A DNA stretch of 64,000 bases from an uncultured Verrucomicrobiae bacterium (GCA_963813025.1 CAWEXO010000011.1:192001-256000); one strand, 5' to 3'. Shown: positions 52,871-63,318, counted from the first letter of the stretch. Numbers and translations are program-made. Notes: a model not told the origin generated them from the sequence alone.

Positions 52871-53692
52871 TCTGGGTGGAAAGCCACGCTCGGCGCCCGT
52901 TTCGAATTCGTCGCAAACTGCACCCGCATCACCGACCGGAAACATTGCGGTCCGCTTCAAATTCAGAAGGCGCTTTACCCCGAGGGTCCCTCAATTTGTC
53001 ACGCAACAATTCTGCATCCGCCCGGCGGCCTGGCGGAAGGCGACGATCTTGCATTGGACTTTCAGGTGGGCCCGTCCGCCCAGGTTGTTCTAAGCACCCC
53101 TGCCGCCACGAAATGGTACAAGGCGCCAAACGGCTGGAGCAGACAGCGGGTATCCTTGCAAGCCCGCCGCAAAGCCCGGCTCGAATGGTTGCCCCAGGAG
53201 AATATCCTCTTCGATCAAAGCCATCCGCGGATGGATCTCCAGATCACTGTCGGCGACGATGCCTGCGCCCTGGGTTGGGATATGTTTAGTCTCGGGAGGA
53301 GAGCGGCCGGCGAATCCTGGCACAAGGGATCGCTTGAAATGAAAAGCGAAATTGTGCGCGAAGATGGTGACCTGCTCTGGGCTGAACAGGCTGTGCTGCC
53401 CGCTGATTCGGACGTGCTCAATGCTGACCACATCCTGGCCGGATTTCCCGTTTTCGGGACACTCTGGGCATATGGTCCGAACTGCACACCCGCTCTCGCT
53501 CAGGGGGTGACCTGTCCCTGGAGTGATCAGATCCGGTCAGGCGCAACCTGTCTTCCCGGAAATGTGTTGTTAATCAGAGCGGTGTCGCGTCAAATGGAGA
53601 CGTTGCGTATCGCGATGACAAACTGGAGAGCAGATCTTCGACCCATCATTCTCGGGGTGCTGCCTGCTCCTTTGCGCCTCTGGTCCACCTGA
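52817..53692 (+). CDS. ureD: Urease accessory protein UreD
   Basis: GPLQIQKALYPEG, LHPPGG, TPAATKWYK, EWLPQENI, LRLWST; AGGAGG SD at 52801. Confidence 0.95.
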   Translation: MYAPCLPATCADKLEAYASGWKATLGARFEFVANCTRITDRKHCGPLQIQKALYPEGPSICHATILHPPGGLAEGDDLALDFQVGPSAQVVLSTPAATKWYKAPNGWSRQRVSLQARRKARLEWLPQENILFDQSHPRMDLQITVGDDACALGWDMFSLGRRAAGESWHKGSLEMKSEIVREDGDLLWAEQAVLPADSDVLNADHILAGFPVFGTLWAYGPNCTPALAQGVTCPWSDQIRSGATCLPGNVLLIRAVSRQMETLRIAMTNWRADLRPIILGVLPAPLRLWST

Positions 53693-53710
53693 AATGAGAA
53701 CTCTGCCGCT

Positions 53711-54013
53711 ATGAACTTAACCCCGCGTGAACAGGACAAACTGCTTCTTTTTACGGCTGGACTGGTCGCGGAAAGACGTCTCGCTCGCGGACTAAAGCTG
53801 AATCATCCCGAGGCCGTGGCTTTTCTGAGCGCGGCACTGTTGGAAGCTGCCCGGGATGGACGGACAGTGGCTGAACTGATGCATCTGGGTACGAAAATTC
53901 TCCGGCGAGACCAGGTCATGACCGGGGTGCCCGAAATGATTCCGGAGATCCAGATTGAAGCGACTTTTCCCGACGGTACGAAGCTGGTGACCGTTCATCA
54001 TCCAATTCCATAA
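53711..54013 (+). CDS. ureA: Urease gamma subunit
   Basis: [31 protein letters not shown]. Confidence 0.98.
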   Translation: MNLTPREQDKLLLFTAGLVAERRLARGLKLNHPEAVAFLSAALLEAARDGRTVAELMHLGTKILRRDQVMTGVPEMIPEIQIEATFPDGTKLVTVHHPIP

Positions 54014-54019
54014 ACGCAT

Positions 54020-54325
54020 ATGATCCCAGGCGAAATCATTCCGCAACCCGGCGACATCGAGTTCAATGCAGGCCGCTCAACCGTCACGATTCAAGTAGCG
54101 AACACCGGCGACCGGCCAATCCAGGTTGGTTCCCATTTCCACTTTTTCGAAGTCAACGACGCGCTGTGCTTCGATCGCGAGAAAGCGCGAGGATACCGGC
54201 TGAACATTGTGTCCGGCACCGCGGTTCGTTTCGAGCCAGGACAGGAGCGCACGGTTGAGCTGATCGAACTGGCCGGCGATCGAGTGGTCTTCGGCTTCAA
54301 CGCTCGCGTGATGGGAAAACTCTAA
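54020..54325 (+). CDS. ureB: Urease beta subunit
   Basis: [29 protein letters not shown]. Confidence 0.98.
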   Translation: MIPGEIIPQPGDIEFNAGRSTVTIQVANTGDRPIQVGSHFHFFEVNDALCFDREKARGYRLNIVSGTAVRFEPGQERTVELIELAGDRVVFGFNARVMGKL

Positions 54326-54342
54326 AAGAATTTTTGCCGATC

Positions 54343-56044
54343 ATGAAAATGACGCGAAGCGCTTATGCCGAGATATTTGGTCCCACGACGGGCGATCGCA
54401 TTCGTCTGGCGGACACCGATCTTTTTGTCCAGATCGAACACGATTCCACGGTTTACGGCGAGGAAGTGAAATTTGGGGGCGGCAAGGTGATCCGCGACGG
54501 GATGGGCCAGTCTCAACGGACCAGCCGCGAGTCAGCGGATACAGTCATCACCAACGCGGTCATCCTGGACCATTGGGGCGTGGTCAAGGCTGACATCGGG
54601 ATCAAGAACGGCCGCATTTCGAGGATTGGCAAAGCCGGTAACCCGGATATTCAGCCCGGCATAACGATCGTGATCGGACCAGGGACCGAGATCATCGCGG
54701 GCGAAGGGATGATCGCGACCGCCGGCGGGATCGACACGCACATCCATTTCATCTGCCCGCAACAAATTGAGGAAGCGATTGCTTCGGGTATTACCACCAT
54801 GATCGGCGGCGGGACCGGTCCGGCGGCCGGAACTTGCGCCACCACCTGTACTCCCGGTCCGTGGCATATCGAACGCATGCTCCAGGCCGCCGAAGGTTAT
54901 CCCATGAACTTGGGATTTCTTGGCAAGGGCAATGCCAGCCGGCCGGAACCGCTCCGTGAACAGATTGCTGCGGGGGCGATCGGTTTGAAGCTGCACGAGG
55001 ACTGGGGAACGACTCCCGCCGCGATCGATACCTGTCTCGGAGTTGCCGACGATACTGACACGCAGGTCGCGATTCACACCGATACGCTGAATGAGTCTGG
55101 ATTTGTGGAGACGAGCGTCGCTGCGTTCAAAGGTCGGACCATTCACACTTATCATACCGAAGGGGCCGGCGGCGGCCACGCTCCGGATATTATCAAGGTG
55201 TGCGGCGAACCGAATGTGCTGCCGTCGTCGACCAATCCCACCCGGCCATTCACGGTCAACACGTTGGATGAGCATCTCGATATGCTGATGGTCTGCCATC
55301 ACCTTGATCCCGCGATCGCCGGAAGATCTGGCGTTTGCCGAATCAAGGATCCGGCGGGAAACGATCGCCGCGGAAGATATCCTCCATGACCTTGGCGCGC
55401 TCTCGATGATCTCGAGCGATTCTCAGGCGATGGGCCGGGTTGGCGAGGTCATCCTCCGAACCTGGCAAACGGCCCATAAGATGAAGACACAGCGAGGACG
55501 GCTTCCGGACGATACGGCTGACCACGATAACTTTCGGGTAAAACGTTATGTCGCCAAATACACGATCAATCCGGCTTTGACCCACGGCATTGCTCATGAA
55601 GTCGGTTCGATTGAGACCGGCAAGTGGGCCGATCTGGTTCTGTGGCAGCCCGCCTTCTTTGGCATAAAACCCAGCCTGATTTTAAAAGGCGGCATGATTT
55701 CCGTGGCGCTGATGGGCGATCCGAACGCCTCGATCCCTACCCCGCAACCTGTCCGGTACCGCAACATGTTCGGGTGCAGCGGAGAAGCGCTGGCCCGTAC
55801 TTGCTTTACGTTTGTTTCGAGAGAGGCCGCGGAAAACAAAGTTGCGGAATGTTACGGACTCCGCAAACAAATCGCAGCGGTGAAAGATGTCCGGAAGTTG
55901 CGAAAATCGGACCTGATCCACAACGGTTTGACTCCGCGGATCACGGTGGATCCAGAAACGTATCAGGTGATCGCTGACGGCGAAACGCTCCTCTGCGAAC
56001 CGGCGGAGGTGCTACCGATGGCTCAGCGCTATTTTCTTTTCTAA
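54343..56044 (+). CDS. ureC: Urease alpha subunit (frameshift at ~55320)
   Basis: [56 protein letters not shown]. Confidence 0.97.
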
Positions 56045-56051
56045 GAAGACG

Positions 56052-56567
56052 ATGACGATGGTTCGGATCGAGAAAATCCTGACCGAAACAACCGGGACCC
56101 TGCCGCCGGCCAAAATGGAGATGCTGCGCTTGCCCTTCGACCTCCGCCAGAAAAGTCGGCAGCAGGCCCAGTTCGATTCCGGAGAAACCGTGCAATTGTT
56201 TCTCCCGCACGGCACCCGGCTGAAGGACGGCGATCTCCTGGAGACAACCGATGGAAGAGTCGCGGTCGTCAAGGCTACGCCGGAAAGAGTACTGGTCGTC
56301 ACCGCGGACTCGACGATCGGGCTTGCCCGCCTGGCTTATCACTTGGGGAACAGACATACACCTGTCGAACTCGGAGAAGGTTATCTCCGGCTCGAGTACG
56401 ATTCGGTGCTGGAAGAAATGCTGCGCGGTTTGGGTGGCAAGGTGGAGGAACGGTCGGAGCCGTTTGAGCCTGAACAAGGCGCCTACGGCGGCGGTCATCA
56501 GCACGATATTGATGAGAAGGGGAAGCGCGAGCGTGCCCAGGAAGTTTTTCACGGGCGTGACTCTTGA
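56052..56567 (+). CDS. ureE: Urease accessory protein UreE
   Basis: R.KSR, AYHLGNRH, PFEPEQGAY. Confidence 0.95.
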   Translation: MTMVRIEKILTETTGTLPPAKMEMLRLPFDLRQKSRQQAQFDSGETVQLFLPHGTRLKDGDLLETTDGRVAVVKATPERVLVVTADSTIGLARLAYHLGNRHTPVELGEGYLRLEYDSVLEEMLRGLGGKVEERSEPFEPEQGAYGGGHQHDIDEKGKRERAQEVFHGRDS

Positions 56568-56708
56568 GCGGCTTGAGCGGCTTGAGCGGCTTGAGCGGCT
56601 TGAGCGACTTGAGCGACTGACACTAGCACTGACACTGGCACTCTTTGAACTCCTGCAACTCCCGAACTCCTCCAACTCCTGACTCCCGACTCCTGAGTCC
56701 CGACTCCT
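56563..56708 (+). repeat. Tandem repeat tract between ureE and ureF
   Basis: 6 x CTTGAGCGR (56563-56616), 2 x CTGACACTRGCA (56617-56640), then degenerate ACTCCY units to 56708. Confidence 0.9.
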
Positions 56709-57385
56709 TCCGGATAGAAGCGTTGGCCAAGATTCTTCAACTGGCCTCGCCGGCGCTACCTTTGGGCAGCTTCAGCTATTCTCACGGATTAGAGACGGCG
56801 ATTGAAGCCGGAGTGGTCCGAAACGCCGTAACCACTCGCTCCTGGATTGAATCGGGTCTGCGATGGGTGCTTGGCCGGTGTGAGCTGCCCGTGTATTTTC
56901 ATCAGTTCGCTGCGTGGCAAGCCGGTTGTGCCGCCGATTTGCAAAATCTGAATCGGTGGTTCCTGGCATCCCGGGAAACGAGGGAACTCCGCGAGGAGAC
57001 GGAACAGCTGGGCTGGTCCCTCGCCCGGCTTGCTCTGAGCCTGGATATAAACGACGCGCAGCGCCGAGATATTCTCCAGGCGATCCGGCCAGTCAGTTTC
57101 CCTACCGTTTACGCCTTTGTCGCGCACGGTTTTTTGCTCGATCCAAAAGCCGCAGCGACAGCGTATTGTTTTAGCTGGTTGGAGAACCAGGTCGCAACTG
57201 CGCTGAAAGCGGTGCCGCTTGGTCAAACGGAAGGCCAAAAGATTATCGCGGCGCTGCGACCTTGCTTGGCCGAGGTCATTGCGCAAGGCGAGCTGCGGCT
57301 CGCGGAAATCACGACTTACGCTCCGCACCTGGCGATTCTCAGCGCGCGACATGAAAGCCTCTATACGCGACTATTTCGCTCATGA
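56645..57385 (+). CDS. ureF: Urease accessory protein UreF (start uncertain)
   Basis: [44 protein letters not shown]. Confidence 0.93.
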   Translation: MNSCNSRTPPTPDSRLLSPDSFRIEALAKILQLASPALPLGSFSYSHGLETAIEAGVVRNAVTTRSWIESGLRWVLGRCELPVYFHQFAAWQAGCAADLQNLNRWFLASRETRELREETEQLGWSLARLALSLDINDAQRRDILQAIRPVSFPTVYAFVAHGFLLDPKAAATAYCFSWLENQVATALKAVPLGQTEGQKIIAALRPCLAEVIAQGELRLAEITTYAPHLAILSARHESLYTRLFRS

Positions 57386-58026
57386 GCGACCTGACTAAAA
57401 CCCGTCGTACGAAGCGCAACCCTCCTCTGCGTCTCGGGGTAGGTGGTCCCGTTGGCAGCGGAAAGACGACTTTGATTGAGGTTCTCTGCAAGAACCTCCG
57501 CAGCCGGTACGATTTAGTGGTTATTACCAATGATATTTACACCAAAGAGGATCAACGTTTGTTAACTCAGGCCGGAGCGCTGCCGCCTGAGCGCATCATG
57601 GGCGTGGAAACGGGCGGTTGTCCTCATACTGCCATCCGCGAAGATGCTTCGATCAATCTCGAGGCCGTGGACCAGATGCTCGGCCGCTTTCCGGATGCCG
57701 ACATCATTTTCATCGAATCCGGCGGCGATAATCTGGCGGCGACCTTCAGCCCCGAGCTGTCTGACCTGACGATTTATGTTATCGACGTTGCCGGCGGCGA
57801 AAAAATTCCGCGCAAAGGCGGCCCGGGGATTACCAAATCGGATCTGCTGGTAATTAACAAAATCGACTTGGCACCTCACGTTGGCGCTTCGCTCGAAGTC
57901 ATGCGAGCCGATGCCGAAAAGATGCGCGGCACTCGTCCTTTTGTGATGTCCGATCTGAAGAAGGGCGAAGGGCTGCCTCTGATAGTCAAGTTCATCGAAG
58001 AACACGGTATGCTGGGAGCGGAGTGA
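57382..58026 (+). CDS. ureG: Urease accessory GTPase UreG
   Basis: [29 protein letters not shown]. Confidence 0.98.
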   Translation: MSDLTKTRRTKRNPPLRLGVGGPVGSGKTTLIEVLCKNLRSRYDLVVITNDIYTKEDQRLLTQAGALPPERIMGVETGGCPHTAIREDASINLEAVDQMLGRFPDADIIFIESGGDNLAATFSPELSDLTIYVIDVAGGEKIPRKGGPGITKSDLLVINKIDLAPHVGASLEVMRADAEKMRGTRPFVMSDLKKGEGLPLIVKFIEEHGMLGAE

Positions 58027-58454
58027 AGAGAACGGGCGAATAAGGCGGAAGGGGGATGGCATCGGCTCAGGTGGGATAACCGGCGCGGAACTCTCTCATT
58101 AAAAGGGGCGGAAAAGTGGTGTCTGTCGAGGTCGAACCATCCTTGTCACGGGCATCGACCAAGTCCGGATCGGCCGCGGCGAGAGGTCGCACTGTCCAAG
58201 TCACCTGCTCTCATGGCTCTAAGGATGCGGCGCTGCTGATTCATTTGAGATTCATTCCAGGCCAACGCCTCAGCTGGCTCTATTTTGGAATTCAGTTGCG
58301 GACTCTCTCCTCAGATGAGTTAGCTGTACGAAGCAGCTTGGCTTATACCCCACCAACAACTCAAGCGGACTTCCTTGCTCCCCTTCTGGATCGAGACCGT
58401 TCAGGAATCGTTGGCGATTGCTAAGGAGCACGCGTTTCTCTCTCCCCCAGCAGA

Positions 58455-60047
58455 ATGAATACGACCTCCACCTTCACCGCACTGCGAAATCCGATTTATC
58501 GCAATCTCTGGCTTGCCACCCTGCTGTCGGGGACTTGCGTCGCGGCTCAGGAGACTGCCGCGACCTGGGTGATGAATTCGTTGGGGCGATCCGGGATGTT
58601 TCTTTCTCTGATCTCGACCTTTTCTTCGTTGCCCTTCTTTCTTTTCACCCTGCCGGCGGGCGCTCTGGCCGATATCATTGATCGACGCAAACTCATCTCG
58701 GTCATGAATACCTGGCTTGCCTTGTCCGCCGGGCTTCTGGCGACCTTTGGCTGGTTGAACCTGCTCAATCCCTACCTCATTCTCGGCTGTATTTTCCTGC
58801 TGGGAGTCGGCTTCGCCTTTAATGCTCCAGCTTGGACTTCGGTCATTCCGGAGATTGTTTCAAACGAGGAGCTCCCGTCCGCCGCTGCCCTGGGCGGATT
58901 GCAACTGAACATGTCCGGGATTATCGGGCCGGCGTTAGGTGGGCTGCTCATTCCCCTCGTCGGCGCCAACGGGCTGTTCGCTCTGAACTCCGCAGGTTTC
59001 GTGGTAGTGATTCTTGCGCTCCTGGGATGGCGCCGACAAAGGACCGCCACGCATCTGCCGCTGGAAAGCTTCTTCGAATCCCTCACAGCGGCGATCCGGT
59101 ATCTTCGCTTTACTCCAGGGATCCAGGTTGTAGTCGGGCGCAACGTTCTCTTCGCGTTTTTCATCTCGCTCATCCCCGCTCTCCTGCCGGTGGTGGCTCT
59201 GAAAGGCCTGCATCTGGATGCTTCCGAGCTGGGATTCCTCTTTACCAGCATGGGCATTGGGTCAGTGGGTTGCGCTGTTTTTGTGATCCCGGCGCTACGC
59301 GCCCGTTTCTCGTCCAATCGGATCACGATCATCGCTAACACGCTGGTGATTGTGGTTTACCTGCTGATGGCATTTGTCCAAGATCACGTCGCATTCATTC
59401 TGGTAGCCGCTCTTGCTGGAATCGGATGGACATTATGCGCGGCTGAACTCTGGGTGGCGAGTCAGCGAGCAGCTCCGCCGTGGGCCAGGGGTCGGATGAA
59501 CGCCACAATCATTATGGGGTCGCAAGGAGCGATGGCTCTGGGCGGGATCGTCTGGGGCGGCACCGCGGCCGAAGCGGGTACGGGTCCGGTGTTGCTGGTG
59601 GCTGCGGTTCTCTTAGCGATTAGCCTCTACTTGGCGATCCGATTTTCCATCGATTTCACCAGCGCCCTGGATTTGACGCCCGCCACGGTAACAACGTTCT
59701 CGCATAGGTTGATTGAAATGCCTGAACCGCAAGACGGTCCAGTCCTTGTCACCCGTGAATTTGAAATCGATCGAAAGGGCGGACCTGAATTGGCGGATCT
59801 CGTTCGAAAAATCCGGCTGGTCTACTTACGCAACGGAGCGTTTAGCTGGCATCTGCACGAAGATCTCAGCCGATCGAACGTTTTTCGGATGGAGATGATG
59901 CTGCCTTCGTGGAACGGCTATCTGTTAGCGCGGGAAAGATTTACCAAAGCTGAACACGAGCTGATCAGTGCGCTTGAGGCCCTCCACGTCGGGGGTTCGC
60001 CGGTAGAAGAACGAGTATTTGTATGTGTGAACCGGGAAATGTTGTGA
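58455..60047 (+). CDS. MFS transporter with soluble C-terminal domain (MFS_3-like)
   Basis: LPAGALADIIDRR, GPALGG, PPWARGR; C-tail DGPVLV...RNGA..W.L.ED. Confidence 0.88.
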   Translation: MNTTSTFTALRNPIYRNLWLATLLSGTCVAAQETAATWVMNSLGRSGMFLSLISTFSSLPFFLFTLPAGALADIIDRRKLISVMNTWLALSAGLLATFGWLNLLNPYLILGCIFLLGVGFAFNAPAWTSVIPEIVSNEELPSAAALGGLQLNMSGIIGPALGGLLIPLVGANGLFALNSAGFVVVILALLGWRRQRTATHLPLESFFESLTAAIRYLRFTPGIQVVVGRNVLFAFFISLIPALLPVVALKGLHLDASELGFLFTSMGIGSVGCAVFVIPALRARFSSNRITIIANTLVIVVYLLMAFVQDHVAFILVAALAGIGWTLCAAELWVASQRAAPPWARGRMNATIIMGSQGAMALGGIVWGGTAAEAGTGPVLLVAAVLLAISLYLAIRFSIDFTSALDLTPATVTTFSHRLIEMPEPQDGPVLVTREFEIDRKGGPELADLVRKIRLVYLRNGAFSWHLHEDLSRSNVFRMEMMLPSWNGYLLARERFTKAEHELISALEALHVGGSPVEERVFVCVNREML

Positions 60048-60244
60048 GAACGCTCGCCGGTGGTACCCGTGGCAGCAGAGATTCGTTTCGCTTGCACCAA
60101 TCCTGGGCTTCTCTTGTTCGTACTACTTTCTTCTTATGTGATGTTTTCCTGCGAAGATTTCGGAGGAGCCAGACAAGGTTGTTTTCATTTACTGTCTACG
60201 TTGGAATCACGCGCGGCTAGACGGCTATTACGTTTCGCGGAGAG

Positions 60245-60472
60245 CCTTCTTTGCGATTTTTGCGATCTTTTGTTCGACCTCTTCGGTGTTCTCGTTTCCA
60301 GCCGATAATGCTGAAGAGTTTGAACAGAAGCTCCCAAGCAGTGCAAAGAAGAGAAATCGTTGAAAGTCGTCTGCTAGACGCCGTCTCTCTTTTCCCGAGA
60401 GGGCTACAACGACGAGCAGAGCAGGATTTGGTTGCGGCTACGCTGCGCTGTGATCTTCGCGGTCTTCTGTAA
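60245..60472. repeat. Degenerate 9-mer hairpin repeats (family of 5243)
   Basis: ctttgcgatttttgcgatcttttgttc, gaacagaag...gcaaag, atcttcgcggtcttctgt. Confidence 0.55.
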
Positions 60473-60539
60473 AGAAACGTCTTGTGCAAAGGCGGCAGAT
60501 ACGACGATGCCGTCCGCGCTACGTTCTGGCAGCAAGATG

Positions 60540-61679
60540 CTAAGGTGCCACGCGATCAGCGATCTCGAATTTGCCCTCTTCGATGGCGATTACGAGGACT
60601 GGTTTCGAGGCGTTTCGGTGTTCGTCGATCGTGATCGTGCCGGTGACACCCGCAAAATCTTTCGTGGTAGCCAAGGTATCCCGGATGGCGTTCGACGCTG
60701 GTTTACCGGCCCGCTTGATCGCATCCGCCAGAAGACGCGCCGCATCGTAGCCCAGAGCCGCGAATGTATCGGGAATCGACCCAAATTTCGCCCGATACTC
60801 GTCAACAAAATGGCGGACAATCGGCGACGGGTCGTCGGGCGAAAAGTGGTTGGTAAAATAACAACCGTTCACTGCTTTCCCGCCGACCGAGAGCAGGGTT
60901 TCATTGGCCCAGCCATCGCAGCCCAGTCCCGGGAAGGTCAACCCGATCTGGCGCGCCTGCTTCAAAATGAGGCTTACCTCCGGGTAATATCCCGGGATGT
61001 AAAGAGCGTCCGGGCGGGATGCTTTGATATCGCTGAGCTGCGCTCGAAAATCGGTGTCGCCGCTGCCATAGCTCTGCTCCTTGACGATCTGCCCCCCGAG
61101 CTTGGTGAACTCCTCCTTGAAGAAGCGAGCGAGATCGACACTGTAATCCTGTTTCACATCCGCTAGCGCAGCAATGCGGGTGAGGTGCAGGCGGTCATAC
61201 CCAAACCGCGCGATGACTCGCGCCTGGAGTTTATCAAGAAAACACACACGAAAAATGTAATCGCCAATCTCGGTAATCCGAGGATTGGTGGCGCTCGGGG
61301 TGATCATCGGAACTTTCGCGGCTTGGGCGATCGGCGCAGCCTCGAGGGTAGCGGAAGATGTGGCGTCTCCGAGGATAGCGATCACATGGTCCTCAGTGAT
61401 CAGCTTGCGTACACCGGTCGCGCTCTGACCAGGTTTGGACTGGTTATCTTCGCTGATCAGCTGGATTTCCTGGCCAAGTACTGCTCCAGCGCCGTTTATC
61501 TCCTGGAAAGCCAGAAGAAAGCCTTGATGGCTGGAAATCCCGAATTGCGAAACCGCACCGCTGAGTGGATTAATTTCCCCGATTTCGATCTGGGCTCGCG
61601 CGTTGATGGAACCGAACGCGAGCAGAATGAAAACAGCGGCAAGGATCCGGCTGAGAGGAGGAAGTTCAGGGAAGTTCAA
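60540..61679 (-). CDS. LivJ/LivK-family ABC substrate-binding protein (start uncertain)
   Basis: IGEINPLSG, EDNQSK, ATNP.IT..GDYIFRVCF.D, DFRAQL, AALGYDA, DFAGVTG.I. Confidence 0.92.
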   Translation of the reverse strand: MNFPELPPLSRILAAVFILLAFGSINARAQIEIGEINPLSGAVSQFGISSHQGFLLAFQEINGAGAVLGQEIQLISEDNQSKPGQSATGVRKLITEDHVIAILGDATSSATLEAAPIAQAAKVPMITPSATNPRITEIGDYIFRVCFLDKLQARVIARFGYDRLHLTRIAALADVKQDYSVDLARFFKEEFTKLGGQIVKEQSYGSGDTDFRAQLSDIKASRPDALYIPGYYPEVSLILKQARQIGLTFPGLGCDGWANETLLSVGGKAVNGCYFTNHFSPDDPSPIVRHFVDEYRAKFGSIPDTFAALGYDAARLLADAIKRAGKPASNAIRDTLATTKDFAGVTGTITIDEHRNASKPVLVIAIEEGKFEIADRVAP

Positions 61680-61889
61680 GGAAGTTCAGGGAATTCAGGG
61701 AACTCGGAATTCAGCGCTCAGACAAAGGGAACGCATCGCATACTGCAATCAATTGAGTACCTGGAAGTGCGACCTCCCGAATTCTGATGTTCCGTTTCGC
61801 CGTAGGTTTCTCCTTCGCGGTTATCGATTCTATCAATTCTCGCTTGAATTTCTGAACCAGAACTTAAGCTCGCTTCCCTGAACTTCCCT
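61660..61889. repeat. 10-mer periodic inverted repeat (ggaagttcag family)
   Basis: ggaagttcagggaagttcaaggaagttcagggaattcagg (61660-61700) and inverted cttccctgaacttccc (61873-61888). Confidence 0.7.
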
Positions 61890-61893
61890 AGCC

Positions 61894-63027
61894 TCAAGTG
61901 GCCTTGGGTGGCTGGATGGTCTGAAAATAACGCATCGCACCGTTCTTGATCGTGAGAATGACGGCCGATTTTGTGGCGTTACGTTCCGCATTGATCGTGA
62001 TGTTTCCGGAAACGCCCGGGAAATCCTTTGTACTGGCGATTGCGTCGCGCAGCTTTTCCGGATCGGTCCCGCCCGCCCGCTTAATGGCGTCGGCCAGGAG
62101 CTTGGCTGCGTCATAGCCGAGCGCGGCGAAGGCGTCGGGCAAAGCGTTATATTTCTGTTTATACTTGGAAACGAACTGCTGCACGATCGGCGACTGGTCA
62201 TCCACCGAGAAGTGATTGGAGAAAAAGGCGCCTTCGATTGCTTTGCCGCCAACCGGAATCAGCGAGGCACCGTCCCAGCCATCACCGCCGACCAGGGTTG
62301 CCTTAATACCGAATTGGCGGGCCTGCTTGGCAATCAAGGCAGCTTCCGGATAATAGCCGGTAATGACGATGACATCCGGATTAGCCGCTTTCAAATCGGT
62401 TAATTGCGCCCGGAAATCTTTGTCACCGGAGCTGTAACTCTGTTGCTTGACCACCTCGCCTCCACGCTTTTCCAGGTAGTTCTTCGCGATATTGGTCAGG
62501 CCGACACTGTAGTCCTGTTTGACATCCGTCATGAAGGCGACCCGCTTTTTCTCCAGGTTTTCCAGGATGAACCGGGCGATAACCACGGCTTGAAAATCAT
62601 CAGTGAAACAGACGCGGAAAATGAAGTCGCCGACTTGCGTTACCCGCGGGTTGGTTGCGGCGGTCGCGATCAAGGGGATTCTGCTCTCCTGAGCGATCGG
62701 GGCTGCTTCGAGCGTTTTGGAAGATGCGACCTCTCCGATGATAGCGACGACGTGATCCTGAGAGATCAGTTTGCGAACAATAGTCGTCGTCTCACCTTGC
62801 TTTGTCTGATTATCCTCGACGATCAGATCAATTTTTTTCCCGAGAACGCCGCCGGCATCGTTGATCTCCTGGACCGCCATCTGGACGCCGTTGTTCTGGG
62901 ATGTTCCGAAACTCGCGTTGTCTCCAGTCAACGACCCAAACTCTCCGATCTTGATTGTCTCCTGAGAGATCGCCGGACCGGCCAAGGCCGCCATCAGGCA
63001 CGCCGAAAGAATAACCAAACGCTTCAT
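61894..63027 (-). CDS. LivJ/LivK-family ABC substrate-binding protein (tandem paralog)
   Basis: Signal peptide; IKIGEFGSLTG, ATNPRVTQVGDFIFRVCF, DFRAQL, AALGYDA. Confidence 0.93.
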   Translation of the reverse strand: MKRLVILSACLMAALAGPAISQETIKIGEFGSLTGDNASFGTSQNNGVQMAVQEINDAGGVLGKKIDLIVEDNQTKQGETTTIVRKLISQDHVVAIIGEVASSKTLEAAPIAQESRIPLIATAATNPRVTQVGDFIFRVCFTDDFQAVVIARFILENLEKKRVAFMTDVKQDYSVGLTNIAKNYLEKRGGEVVKQQSYSSGDKDFRAQLTDLKAANPDVIVITGYYPEAALIAKQARQFGIKATLVGGDGWDGASLIPVGGKAIEGAFFSNHFSVDDQSPIVQQFVSKYKQKYNALPDAFAALGYDAAKLLADAIKRAGGTDPEKLRDAIASTKDFPGVSGNITINAERNATKSAVILTIKNGAMRYFQTIQPPKAT

Positions 63028-63086
63028 AAATCGGCGATACTAGCAACCGGCGAACAAACTGCAATTCCGGTTTTAAGGAACAGCGA

Positions 63087-63306
63087 GGTGAACCACAGAT
63101 TTCACAGATTATGACTGCCGGAAGCTACTCGGGACGTGACCGCTTCGTCACCCGCGCGGCCAAAGTAACCCGGGGCTCTCGTCTTGTACCTGGGGGAAAG
63201 TGACGCGGAAAGCCGTGCATCGTCGCCCGAAACCAGAAATTCGATCGGAGGGCAGTTCGCAAACTCTTTCTGAATCTGTGAGAATCGGTAAAATCTGTGG
63301 TTCACC
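63087..63306. repeat. Periodic hairpin repeat (aaccacagatt family), copy 2
   Basis: Perfect 16-bp arms ggtgaaccacagattt / aaatctgtggttcacc; same family as 12516. Confidence 0.85.
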
Positions 63307-63318
63307 AGATCCTCTCTT

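Noticed and set aside
47625..55325. Programmed frameshifting in urtA and ureC
   Set aside because: No slippery heptamer is evident, and the single-indel pattern matches that in unrelated genes, so sequencing error is simpler.
56563..56708. Possible CRISPR array
   Set aside because: Units are 7-12 nt and directly tandem, with no unique spacers and no cas genes.
58027..58454. ncRNA or ORF (58116-58424) upstream of the MFS gene
   Set aside because: No recognisable RNA motif or protein family.
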